This document shows, in pieces, positions 7,427-16,050 of a stretch of DNA of 62,439 nt. The position numbers and the translations under genes are program-made. Position 1 is the first letter of the stretch. Each line of letters begins with the position of its first letter. This DNA comes from a virus (taxonomy: Duplodnaviria; Caudoviricetes), in the IMG/VR virus record IMGVR_UViG_3300036801_000157, positions 1 to 62,439 of that record, one strand, 5' to 3'. The notes under the pieces are model-generated. The model worked only from the letters and a program-made list of their open reading frames with translations. It had not been told where the DNA came from and made no database searches.

Positions 7427-7690
7427 CCTTCCAGGTCGGCCTGACCGCGCCTGTCCTAGCCTCACGCGCCCCGCCGCACCGAGACTTACCCAGCGTGCCT
7501 CGCCTGCCAAGCCATGCCGAACCGGACTGTACCCAGCAACACCTGACCACAACATATCACGCCGTGACGAACCCCGCCTGCCTCGCCGCGCCGAACCGAT
7601 CTGTACCTTGTCCTGACGTGCCCAGACGTGCCCGGACATACCAAGCCTGCCCTACAATTCCGAGCAAATGGACGTGCCGCGCCGTGCCTA
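7427..7690 (-). ncRNA. Array 2: 3 full GGY-NN units plus leader-proximal part
   Basis: Delimiters end at 7432 (CCTTCC), 7508, 7582, 7651; 5-nt period; leader 7682-7746. Confidence 0.85.
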
Positions 7691-7755
7691 CCGACCGTTT
7701 ACCGCTTCATAGCTGCGGGCGGCCGCGCGAGAAACGTCCCGCGCCACAGCGTGTG

Positions 7756-8340
7756 TCATACGCCGGAATTTCTTGAATCGTCAAGCAGCGCATTGACGCG
7801 CTCTGACGCTTGCACAGTATCGTCGAACTGTTCAACCCCCCATTTGCCAGCGCCGATCAGTTTCACAACATAACTGCCGTGCGTAATTTCGATATCTTTT
7901 TCTGGCAGCACCAACCAAACACGATCGTGAATTCTAATATGAACCAACAAAATTTCATCGGCAGATCGCACATGCAAGCCACGCAACGACATCGCCTTTA
8001 ATTGTTGATAATATGGCGCATCTTTCCACACATCAGGATAATCAGGATCAACCGTGCACGTCACACATTGGACTCCATTGAAAACACCAAGACTTAAAAT
8101 CATGTGACTCAATAATGGAAACCATTCATGGCCGACTTTCGGGCTCATCAGCCAGCCACATGCATAGGTGCGACATATCTGCGGACGCGCTTCGTAAATT
8201 CCGCAGCCACCGCAGCCAGGCCGACAGTGCTCGCACCAAACGCCTGCCGGCTTGGATAATTCGGCAACAAATAATAATCGGCAGCATTCGGAACACTTGC
8301 CGCAGGATCGTCCTGGCGCGATTGGCGGGCCACCGTGCAT
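7756..8340 (-). CDS. Cys-cluster protein (YkgJ/CxxCxxCC-like)
   Basis: RSCGKCSECC, WCEHC, CGIYEARPQICRTYAC; start set at TGATG overlap. Confidence 0.75.
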   Translation of the reverse strand: MHGGPPIAPGRSCGKCSECCRLLFVAELSKPAGVWCEHCRPGCGGCGIYEARPQICRTYACGWLMSPKVGHEWFPLLSHMILSLGVFNGVQCVTCTVDPDYPDVWKDAPYYQQLKAMSLRGLHVRSADEILLVHIRIHDRVWLVLPEKDIEITHGSYVVKLIGAGKWGVEQFDDTVQASERVNALLDDSRNSGV

Positions 8341-9716
8341 CACGTTGTCCATATTCCAAACCCGACCGGCGCGGGATAAATAAACGGCGTGCCGGATACG
8401 GTGCCGCCGAAATTGCCGACCATCTGATCGTTGATCGCGCCGCTGGCGCCGCCGAAGCAGACCGCAGGCGCCATCGGCGACGACGCCTGGATGACCACAC
8501 CGCCGATGCCAGTGTTCGGATTCTCGGAACCGAGAACAAGCCCGTTCCAATTGCCGCCGTTCTTACGCAGCCACGCTTTGCGCGCGCCGAGATCGATCGC
8601 AAAGCTGATCACATCGCCAGATGTGCACGCGCCGAGCGTCTTGCCGCTATTAGCGCTGTTGGAAAATATATTTCCTGTCGACCTGTAGAGCGCCGTGCAT
8701 TGAATGCCGCCGACCATATTGTTGAAAGAGCCGGTCGACGAAAGTAGTCCTGGACAATCGGATGCGCCATGCGTCACGGCCATCGTGACTTCGAAATAAT
8801 ACTTGCCTGCCGTTTTCTGCGTTGTGCTGATAGCACCGCCATTGGCGACTGTGCTGGTGCGGGTCACCGATAATTTGCTGGCCGACAGCGAGACCGCAGC
8901 CGCCGTGCCGTCGAATGATGCTGGCTGACCACTGACGACGACTGGTATGTAAAATGCTTCCTGGTCGAACATGACATCGATATCGATTATTTGATTGCCG
9001 CCGAACAACGACAGAAGATAGATGGCGTCAGTGTCTGTTGCTAAGCCGGCGAACAATGTCGCGATAACATCGCTTCGTGCAGCATAGATCGCGTCGCTAT
9101 CAGTCACCAACGAGACGCCGAGCACTGTCGCGCTCGTGCGCGCTGGTGGATAAAACACATCCAGATCATTGACGAAAGGCGCAAACAGGAAATTTCGAAA
9201 CACGATCGGCGCGAACACCGAGTCCGATTCCGTGTGCCGGCCTGGCAGCACAGTCAATGGCGTGCTCAATTCCGGCGCAAACACCATTTCGAAATCTCCG
9301 AACAGGCTTGGTCGCACCGATCCAGGGAGCCCGACGACCGCCGAGAATATCGCGTCATCACTATTATATATGTTTGGCCATACGCTGCCAGGTGCCACCA
9401 CTGGCGCGATGGAAGGCAACGACAGAACGTCACCGTCGAAATAGATCATCGGCGTGACGACCTGATCGCCTTTCAGGATTGGCGCAAACACGAAATCGTC
9501 GGTGATCAGGAATCCAATATTCATAGCTTGTGGAATTATGGCGGCAAAAATAGAATCTAATTCGGATACAAATGGCGACGACAACAATTGAGTGACGGCA
9601 TAATCGAACGCAATGAACGGACCCATAATACCGTCGGCGTCATCGTAATAACGCGTTGGACCAATCACACCGCGAGGCGTGAGCGTTCCGATCTGCGCAA
9701 TGATGCCTGAGATCAT
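8340..9716 (-). CDS. Virion protein with D.D..Y.P repeats and C-terminal SPRY/ConA-like domain
   Basis: GKYYFEV, GDVISFAIDL...KAWLRKNG, NFG...F.YPAP.GF. Confidence 0.7.
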   Translation of the reverse strand: MISGIIAQIGTLTPRGVIGPTRYYDDADGIMGPFIAFDYAVTQLLSSPFVSELDSIFAAIIPQAMNIGFLITDDFVFAPILKGDQVVTPMIYFDGDVLSLPSIAPVVAPGSVWPNIYNSDDAIFSAVVGLPGSVRPSLFGDFEMVFAPELSTPLTVLPGRHTESDSVFAPIVFRNFLFAPFVNDLDVFYPPARTSATVLGVSLVTDSDAIYAARSDVIATLFAGLATDTDAIYLLSLFGGNQIIDIDVMFDQEAFYIPVVVSGQPASFDGTAAAVSLSASKLSVTRTSTVANGGAISTTQKTAGKYYFEVTMAVTHGASDCPGLLSSTGSFNNMVGGIQCTALYRSTGNIFSNSANSGKTLGACTSGDVISFAIDLGARKAWLRKNGGNWNGLVLGSENPNTGIGGVVIQASSPMAPAVCFGGASGAINDQMVGNFGGTVSGTPFIYPAPVGFGIWTT

Positions 9717-11083
9717 AATTTTGGATCAGGAATATAGCGCTTGATCGCCGCTACCTGGCCTAAATTCGCATAGTTTCCGGCAGACCCGCTAATCCACTTG
9801 CCAGACCCATGCAACATCATGTCTGGTTCTCTTCCGAAGAACGCGATGGAGCCTTCCGTGTCATCCTCATCTGACTTCTCTTTTTTCGGTGGCACAGGCT
9901 TGCCGTCTTTGACGAAAACGTTGCGAATAGACTCGTCACTCGTGTCTGCCGCAATACCGGCGAACATCTGAAATTCCGCCATTTCAACTTCATGAATATG
10001 ATCGACCCAGCGTGACGAAGCTGGGAATCCCATAAGACCTCCCAGCAAGATCGGCAATGTGCCAGAGTCGTATGTTGGCTCCGATGTGCCGATACGTGTC
10101 ACCGTCTCAGTTTCTCTCTGGACTGGATCGTATGCAACAACGGTGATGCCATCGAATCCAGAAATCGTATCTGCTACATGCCGGCCGGCAGGCGAAATAA
10201 TCCAATTATCGTCCACACCCTCCTTTATGTTGTAACACGACAACTGGCGCCCATTCTTGTTCGCATTATCAAACGCAATCCACATCTTCGGCGCGCTTAC
10301 GACAACCGGTTTCGGTGTGAGAACCGATTCCTCTGTTTGCAGTCCGTGGGTTATACATGGCTTTGTCGTGTCGAATGACAACAATAGATGATGCCAACGA
10401 TCCGCCGCCACCGTGATGCCGCTTCCGGCAACATATGGCTGGTCAACATCGGCAAGCAACGGGTGACTGCGTAAACATTCTGTTTGAGGATATACATAAT
10501 CTTGATTGATATCCTCGTATGTAAACGTTTGATTCCAGGTGCGAGCCGGCGGCGGAAATGTTGGTGGGAAAAAAAAGTATGCTTGTCGGTCATCTACGTC
10601 ATGGCCGACCAACTCTGGAACGCCAGTGATGGATGCATGTGTTCCAAATTCAAGATTAATTGCCAGCCGGACTTGGTCCGACCTACACCAGACGCCGATA
10701 TATGATGGTTCCGTGTTCCATGTGGAATCTGGTGCTATAGGCGCCTCATCTTCTATTTGAATTGTATCCTGGCGTGTACTCACCCACACGTAGGGGCTGT
10801 CTGGCAATGCTCCTACCTGAACAGCAACGTAGTTGGTATAGACCCAGCTGCCGAAATTTTTTAATTCGGTCCTAATAGTGCTTGATGTTCCAACCTTCCC
10901 AAATGTCACTAGCGGAATAATCCCAGCCATTTGCGGCGTCTGGCCGTCATGATCCCAAGAAGCGATGGCCGCATCGTATTCTTTCGCCGCATCGTCGATC
11001 GATTTTTGGGGGATACGGAACCACAGCGAAATTATCGCTCTGTGGACGCTCCATGACATCACCGTACCGCTAAGGTAGCTCAT
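9713..11083 (-). CDS. Putative tail protein (LamG-like segments)
   Basis: ISLWFR and DRWHHLLLSFD motifs; tail-module position. Confidence 0.55.
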   Translation of the reverse strand: MSYLSGTVMSWSVHRAIISLWFRIPQKSIDDAAKEYDAAIASWDHDGQTPQMAGIIPLVTFGKVGTSSTIRTELKNFGSWVYTNYVAVQVGALPDSPYVWVSTRQDTIQIEDEAPIAPDSTWNTEPSYIGVWCRSDQVRLAINLEFGTHASITGVPELVGHDVDDRQAYFFFPPTFPPPARTWNQTFTYEDINQDYVYPQTECLRSHPLLADVDQPYVAGSGITVAADRWHHLLLSFDTTKPCITHGLQTEESVLTPKPVVVSAPKMWIAFDNANKNGRQLSCYNIKEGVDDNWIISPAGRHVADTISGFDGITVVAYDPVQRETETVTRIGTSEPTYDSGTLPILLGGLMGFPASSRWVDHIHEVEMAEFQMFAGIAADTSDESIRNVFVKDGKPVPPKKEKSDEDDTEGSIAFFGREPDMMLHGSGKWISGSAGNYANLGQVAAIKRYIPDPKL

Positions 11084-11811
11084 GCCGCTTCTTTCTTCGG
11101 CGGAGGGTCGGGCGCATCGTTTGCTTTATCGCCAAATATGACGGCAAGGCCACCCCAAGACACATTCACTATCCATTGCAATGGATCAATTCTAACTGGT
11201 TCCTTTTTCCCACATTTCTGTTTTTTTGCATCTCCATTTGCCGGCGTTTTAGGAATTAAATCGCTGTTGCAGATCGCAATGTGATGGTTTGTCGTCTGCC
11301 CGATCACAGGCGACGAATCGTCTGCGCCATACCCATGTTTCCCTGTGCCGGTTTCCTTGGATTGCTTGATCACCTCGAAACAAACATACTGGTCTGGATT
11401 GCTGTCTTTTGATTTCTCGATTGCCTTTTTATATATGTCAGGGTCTCTCGGAGGTTTCCCGCCAAACCCGCCATCAAGAAATTCATCAGCAATGTTGCGG
11501 TTCGTGATCCTCTTTACAGTTACATTGCGTGTGGTCGGGCCCTTGCAATTTGCAAAGCTACGCTGCACGTCAGTCGCCTTGTATTCATCCCACACAGCTA
11601 TCTCAACATGTTGATCTTCATCTTCCGGGTTCTTAACACGTAGATAATTAGATTTTCTCTTTGGCTTACAGGCAAAGTGCCGAATTGTCCTTTGCCCTCC
11701 ATCTCCGTCTTCAACCAATTCATCCAATATTTCAAGATCAAGCCAGCAATCATCATTCTCGTTTTTTCCATAGGTGCGCTCAACATGCGTCTTGCGTTTT
11801 TGGTCAGCCAT
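11080..11811 (-). CDS. Hypothetical tail-region protein
   Basis: ORF with GAGG RBS; coupled to the next gene. Confidence 0.6.
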   Translation of the reverse strand: MADQKRKTHVERTYGKNENDDCWLDLEILDELVEDGDGGQRTIRHFACKPKRKSNYLRVKNPEDEDQHVEIAVWDEYKATDVQRSFANCKGPTTRNVTVKRITNRNIADEFLDGGFGGKPPRDPDIYKKAIEKSKDSNPDQYVCFEVIKQSKETGTGKHGYGADDSSPVIGQTTNHHIAICNSDLIPKTPANGDAKKQKCGKKEPVRIDPLQWIVNVSWGGLAVIFGDKANDAPDPPPKKEAA

Positions 11812-11818
11812 ATTTCCC

Positions 11819-12802
11819 TCATGCCCCTGCCAACAAACCAAAAAGCCTCCATTCATTGACGGCTGTTTTCTTCACCGTCGCAGTAGCATACTGTCCGAGA
11901 AGCTGATTGGAAAAGCTTGCATGCTTGAGAATCACGACTCCAGAATCACCGGCAATCATTACCATTCCCGTACCGTCCTGGTGAATGTTCAGCTCTGAGC
12001 CAATCGGAAAGTTCTGTGTTGAATCGTTCGGCACGACGATAGATACATCTGTAGCGCCATTCGTCAATACCATGAACGCGCCTGCATTTGCGACTACCGG
12101 AGACCACGAGGACGAACGCATCACCACTAATGGCTTTGCGTTGACCCAGAACCCATTCACTGCATCCCAGCGCAAATAATCTTTGTCGCTCAACGCGCTC
12201 AGCACAACGTCTCCGAGATCGTCAAGTAATAAAGTCGACCAGCTTGCGTCGCCGTTCACCGATGTGTTCTTGCGAAGCACTTCTCCGGTAGACCCGCCAA
12301 AAGGCGCCCCAGGCGTGTCCCACGACATGGCGAAATCGAGCGGCGAGGTCTTGCGTAGCGTGTACCCGGTGCCACCACCACTTGGTATGTTCGTCCCCGG
12401 AATCGAAAGCAGCACTAAATAGTATTTATTACCATGGCCATCGTTGGCACCAGCGTCGAACGTGCTGGCCGACGTATGCGCCATGGCAACCAGATAGACG
12501 ACGCCATCCGGCCCGTTGATCGCATCGTCGACCGCATATGCCGTATTCGGCAGCCACGCGCCGCGGAAAAACCAACGCTTTGTCGGCAGCGTCAGTGGCC
12601 CCTGAACAGTGCCGTCCGACATGTGGATGTAGAGTTGATCTCCGACCGCCGAGAACGATGTGATCTGAACAGGCGTCGGCGCATTAAGCTCAAGGAATTG
12701 CACGCGCGTCGTGATGTCGTAGAAGTTTCCATCGACCTGGGGCGAGGAGAGCGGCGCGCCGGCGCCAGGACCCCACGGGCCATCGCTGCGGTAAATAATC
12801 AT
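11819..12802 (-). CDS. Tail fibre/baseplate-like protein
   Basis: RGAWLPNTAYAVDD carbohydrate-binding-like motif, GGSTGEVLRK repeats, FPIGSE...W.LFG C-terminus. Confidence 0.65.
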   Translation of the reverse strand: MIIYRSDGPWGPGAGAPLSSPQVDGNFYDITTRVQFLELNAPTPVQITSFSAVGDQLYIHMSDGTVQGPLTLPTKRWFFRGAWLPNTAYAVDDAINGPDGVVYLVAMAHTSASTFDAGANDGHGNKYYLVLLSIPGTNIPSGGGTGYTLRKTSPLDFAMSWDTPGAPFGGSTGEVLRKNTSVNGDASWSTLLLDDLGDVVLSALSDKDYLRWDAVNGFWVNAKPLVVMRSSSWSPVVANAGAFMVLTNGATDVSIVVPNDSTQNFPIGSELNIHQDGTGMVMIAGDSGVVILKHASFSNQLLGQYATATVKKTAVNEWRLFGLLAGA

Positions 12803-12820
12803 TGAATTGCTCGCAAAATT

Positions 12821-13129
12821 TTATGTGGCATGCTCATAATCGGCGCATTCTGGGGCCACGTTGCCGCTAGAGTTTTCACGCTCTTGTTTGGTCATATAAA
12901 GCTTATAAGAATAGCCATAAGACGATGACCTCGTTCGCTCTATCGGAGATGTAGCCTTTGGAGGAGTCTGACTTGCCTGATTCTGCGCCGCCGCAGTAAT
13001 CGCAAGCACGCTAGGCGCCGCCATTTTCACAGTTGTAGTCGCTGGTGCCTGCCGGCATTCCGGCTTTTGCTGCGTCGGGTCTGGCGCCACCGGCAAATGC
13101 GGCCGCACGATTCTTTCCATCAAGATCAT
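12821..13129 (-). CDS. Hypothetical tail-region protein
   Basis: MILMERIVRP start; operon position. Confidence 0.5.
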   Translation of the reverse strand: MILMERIVRPHLPVAPDPTQQKPECRQAPATTTVKMAAPSVLAITAAAQNQASQTPPKATSPIERTRSSSYGYSYKLYMTKQERENSSGNVAPECADYEHAT

Positions 13130-13144
13130 GTGACGTTCCTCTCG

Positions 13145-15151
13145 TTACGTTGCTGCGAGATCGATCTGCTTGAGAACCTGCAACGGCGTCGTGGTGATTA
13201 CATTCCTGCTCTGAAGAAAGATATTCTGTATGGGTGCGAATTCCATCTCAACCCAACTTTGGTTGTCAGTGAGCGCCTGCGTCAGATTCGCATCCAATTG
13301 GGCGCTCATATTTGCATATTCTACTGTTTTAGGCAGCGGCACCGCGGTCGGGCTCGGCCCTGTTGGCACCGTCGGCGTGAAATCGAAATTTCTCAAAGCG
13401 TTGGCGCCAGATGTCAATATATCATTGATGATGGATCGGCCGTCTAACGTGCCGGCGTCGTTATATACATGACGCACGAGCAATTGATCAACGGTGATCG
13501 GGAACTGTATGCCGATCGGCACGAATGGAACCGGCTCGAAGCTCACATCGTTCGTTGTCGCGGCTATGAGCGCATTTGTGTGATGCTGATACATGGGGTC
13601 GACATAGATGTCCTCGACATAATCAGGCGTTCCAGCCGCCGTCGATGTGCCGATCGTGACTTGATTGCCGACCGCACTCTGAATGTTGATCTTGCCGAGA
13701 AATACGCCGCTATCGCCATCGCCGGTCATTCCGTAGGAAACGATTTTCCCTAGCACCGTCGTGCCCGGCAAACGCTGATCATCTATGGTCGCGCTCTTGC
13801 GGCAACTGAGATTCGATGAGACGATTTTGTGGAATGAACATTCCCATTCGACGCTGACGACTCGCGCTCTGGCGAGCAAATGCGCCCGTGCGATATGCAG
13901 CAGATATTCGATACTTTGTTGCCCGCGCGGGGTAGCAAGATACGCGCCGGAATGTGTATTCAACACACCTGCCTCGACGAGATCGCGCGAATTTATCGTC
14001 AGTGATTCCGTCAAGTCCTTCTGATCCATCGTCAAACTGACCAGCACCGGCTGCACATCGGCGCGCATTGCGACATAGACATCCTCGACACGATTCTGCG
14101 AGACTTCAGCCGCGATCGCAACAGGCTGCGTGTCAGGAGATGGCGACTGCGGCGCTGGTGGAATTGGAACACCTGGAGTCAATATCTGAGGCGACGGGTT
14201 ATACCAATCTGTGGTCCTATAACTTTCCTTGATGCTGTATTCCTCTCCCTGACCGGTATATGGGTCTGCTTTGGTGAATGATTCATTACTAGAGACTATT
14301 TCCCCACCATACATCGGCACCGTCTCTTCTGTTTTTTGGTCCATCAAGTCGCCATCGGAATGTGGCCCTGGAGATGTATTTTTACGTTCCTCGGTCTCCG
14401 TGTATTGTGGCGGTTCTTTCGCCCATTTGAAATCATCGGCCGGCGAGAGCACACCCGCCGTAAATGTGATGCCGGGTGCTGGCGTTGTTTCACCAACAAG
14501 CCCTGGAACGGTCGTGGTGTCGACAGTCCCGCTACCGCATTGCGTCCATTGAACCGAGGCCTCGATCTCGCACATTAGCAATGGAGCGCCAGCAAGCGTC
14601 ATCTTCACAGAATCATAAAACACTTCGTCCGGCGCGAAATCGATAATGCCATCCTCGCCGGTGATGATATCGGAAATCGTCACCGCACCCGTGCATCGAT
14701 CGACATGCCACAGCGCCGAATAGCCCTCGAGCACGCTGTTGGGATCGTCCTCTTTGTCTTTCTTGGCGTCGATAAAGATCGGGTCGTAGAAGGGCAAAAC
14801 CTTGAGCGTGTGCGCCAGCGCGATCTGCCGCGCGGCATAGTCGGCAGGCTTGCCTACGAGTTTTATCTTGATTATCTCCGCGAACAGATCGTCTGGAATG
14901 GCGAGCAAGCGACCGAAGAATAAGGGGATGATAGCCATGCCGTCGCTATACGACCACCATAACCACAACTTTCGATCAGGCGCCAACAGCCCGGAGTAAG
15001 GGTTGGCGATCTCAAGCGTAAGTTCGGCGAATTGGCCTTCGTCGTGGAGCAGCTCGAATGAAAACACGAGTTCGTCCTCGCGGACATGTGCGATCGGATC
15101 GAACGCTGTCTCGGGGTCTACCCATGCAAAAAAAAATGTGCCGTCTGGCAT
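13145..15151 (-). CDS. Putative tail tip/hub protein
   Basis: 668 aa, beta-rich, follows distal-tail-like gene; PLFFGRL motif. Confidence 0.65.
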   Translation of the reverse strand: MPDGTFFFAWVDPETAFDPIAHVREDELVFSFELLHDEGQFAELTLEIANPYSGLLAPDRKLWLWWSYSDGMAIIPLFFGRLLAIPDDLFAEIIKIKLVGKPADYAARQIALAHTLKVLPFYDPIFIDAKKDKEDDPNSVLEGYSALWHVDRCTGAVTISDIITGEDGIIDFAPDEVFYDSVKMTLAGAPLLMCEIEASVQWTQCGSGTVDTTTVPGLVGETTPAPGITFTAGVLSPADDFKWAKEPPQYTETEERKNTSPGPHSDGDLMDQKTEETVPMYGGEIVSSNESFTKADPYTGQGEEYSIKESYRTTDWYNPSPQILTPGVPIPPAPQSPSPDTQPVAIAAEVSQNRVEDVYVAMRADVQPVLVSLTMDQKDLTESLTINSRDLVEAGVLNTHSGAYLATPRGQQSIEYLLHIARAHLLARARVVSVEWECSFHKIVSSNLSCRKSATIDDQRLPGTTVLGKIVSYGMTGDGDSGVFLGKINIQSAVGNQVTIGTSTAAGTPDYVEDIYVDPMYQHHTNALIAATTNDVSFEPVPFVPIGIQFPITVDQLLVRHVYNDAGTLDGRSIINDILTSGANALRNFDFTPTVPTGPSPTAVPLPKTVEYANMSAQLDANLTQALTDNQSWVEMEFAPIQNIFLQSRNVITTTPLQVLKQIDLAAT

Positions 15152-15155
15152 TGAT

Positions 15156-15611
15156 CTAGCCTACTGCTTCGCCAGTCTCTTCAAGCGTTAGGCTCCATTT
15201 GACCCTGCGGCCGTATTCGTTGATGCTCTGCTGCACGCCAGTCACCATCATCATGAGACGCGGCCGGTAGATCGTGAATGCGCCGACGACGCGCTCTGAG
15301 CCATCAACGACAGGCCGTGATGGCGCGCCACCCACTGTCCGATATACCAGCTCGGCCACACAATCTACAGTGACCTTCATGCCTTGGAACACACCATCGA
15401 ACGCAGGGGCCTCGACATCGCTGCAGGTGATGACGGATTCGTACTTCTTGAATTTATCAACCGCCAGATCGACCAGAAGACCATTCACAGTTCGCCGAGG
15501 TGCCGCCACAGCTTTAATCGGATCGAGCGTCTGATCTAAATTTCTCGCAGAATATAATGGTACGCCATTGGATAAAAGCACCAATAGTGTCTGTTCAGCT
15601 GGGAGACTCAT
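15156..15611 (-). CDS. Putative distal tail protein
   Basis: RRTVNG.L, W.LTLEE motifs; downstream of tape measure; start re-assigned to 15611. Confidence 0.65.
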   Translation of the reverse strand: MSLPAEQTLLVLLSNGVPLYSARNLDQTLDPIKAVAAPRRTVNGLLVDLAVDKFKKYESVITCSDVEAPAFDGVFQGMKVTVDCVAELVYRTVGGAPSRPVVDGSERVVGAFTIYRPRLMMMVTGVQQSINEYGRRVKWSLTLEETGEAVG

Positions 15612-15624
15612 TAATTTTTCCTCT

Positions 15625-15660
15625 CTTGCATTTTCTTCAGAATTATGGCCATATCGGCCG
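15625..15660 (+). promoter_or_regulatory. Putative promoter of array 3
   Basis: CTTGCATT-N14-GGCCA-TATC-GGCCG. Confidence 0.6.
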
Positions 15661-15715
15661 CTTGCTTTCTCGCAATCGGTCCATCGGGCGCTGCGCTTGC
15701 GACACGCTCGATCGA

Positions 15716-15815
15716 CTAGGCATGGCATGGCGAGGCAGGCGTGGTTGGTCTCGGCAGCGTCCGTCTGGGTGCGGTGTACCTAGGCAGAGCGGAGCACGGC
15801 TAGGCTTGGCAGGCA
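15716..15815 (+). ncRNA. Array 3: single-unit GGY-NN mini-array
   Basis: GGCAGG at 15734 and 15808 bracketing 14 pentamers; intergenic, antisense to the tail operon. Confidence 0.8.
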
Positions 15816-15819
15816 AGTA

Positions 15820-15858
15820 AGCCAGGGCCGCAGTGATGCGCCCCTGGCTCTCTTTATT
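15820..15858 (+). terminator. Terminator after array 3
   Basis: AGCCAGGG...CCCTGGCT stem plus CTCTTTATT. Confidence 0.65.
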
Positions 15859-16039
15859 CATTCCGGCGCAATGACTCGGCCTCTTCGAGCTGGCGCAACC
15901 GAGCCAATGCCTCCTCACGCGTTGGGATGTCAGCCAGCACCGGCCGCAGATCGATCAGCCGGCCGCGTTCAAAAATTTTCCAGCTCCTGGTCTTCGTAAC
16001 AAGATCGGTGACCTCGACAGTCTGATACCGGCGTGGCAT
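15854..16039 (-). CDS. Small hypothetical protein
   Basis: GAGGA RBS; follows tape measure. Confidence 0.55.
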   Translation of the reverse strand: MPRRYQTVEVTDLVTKTRSWKIFERGRLIDLRPVLADIPTREEALARLRQLEEAESLRRNE

Positions 16040-16050
16040 TTGTGTTCCTC

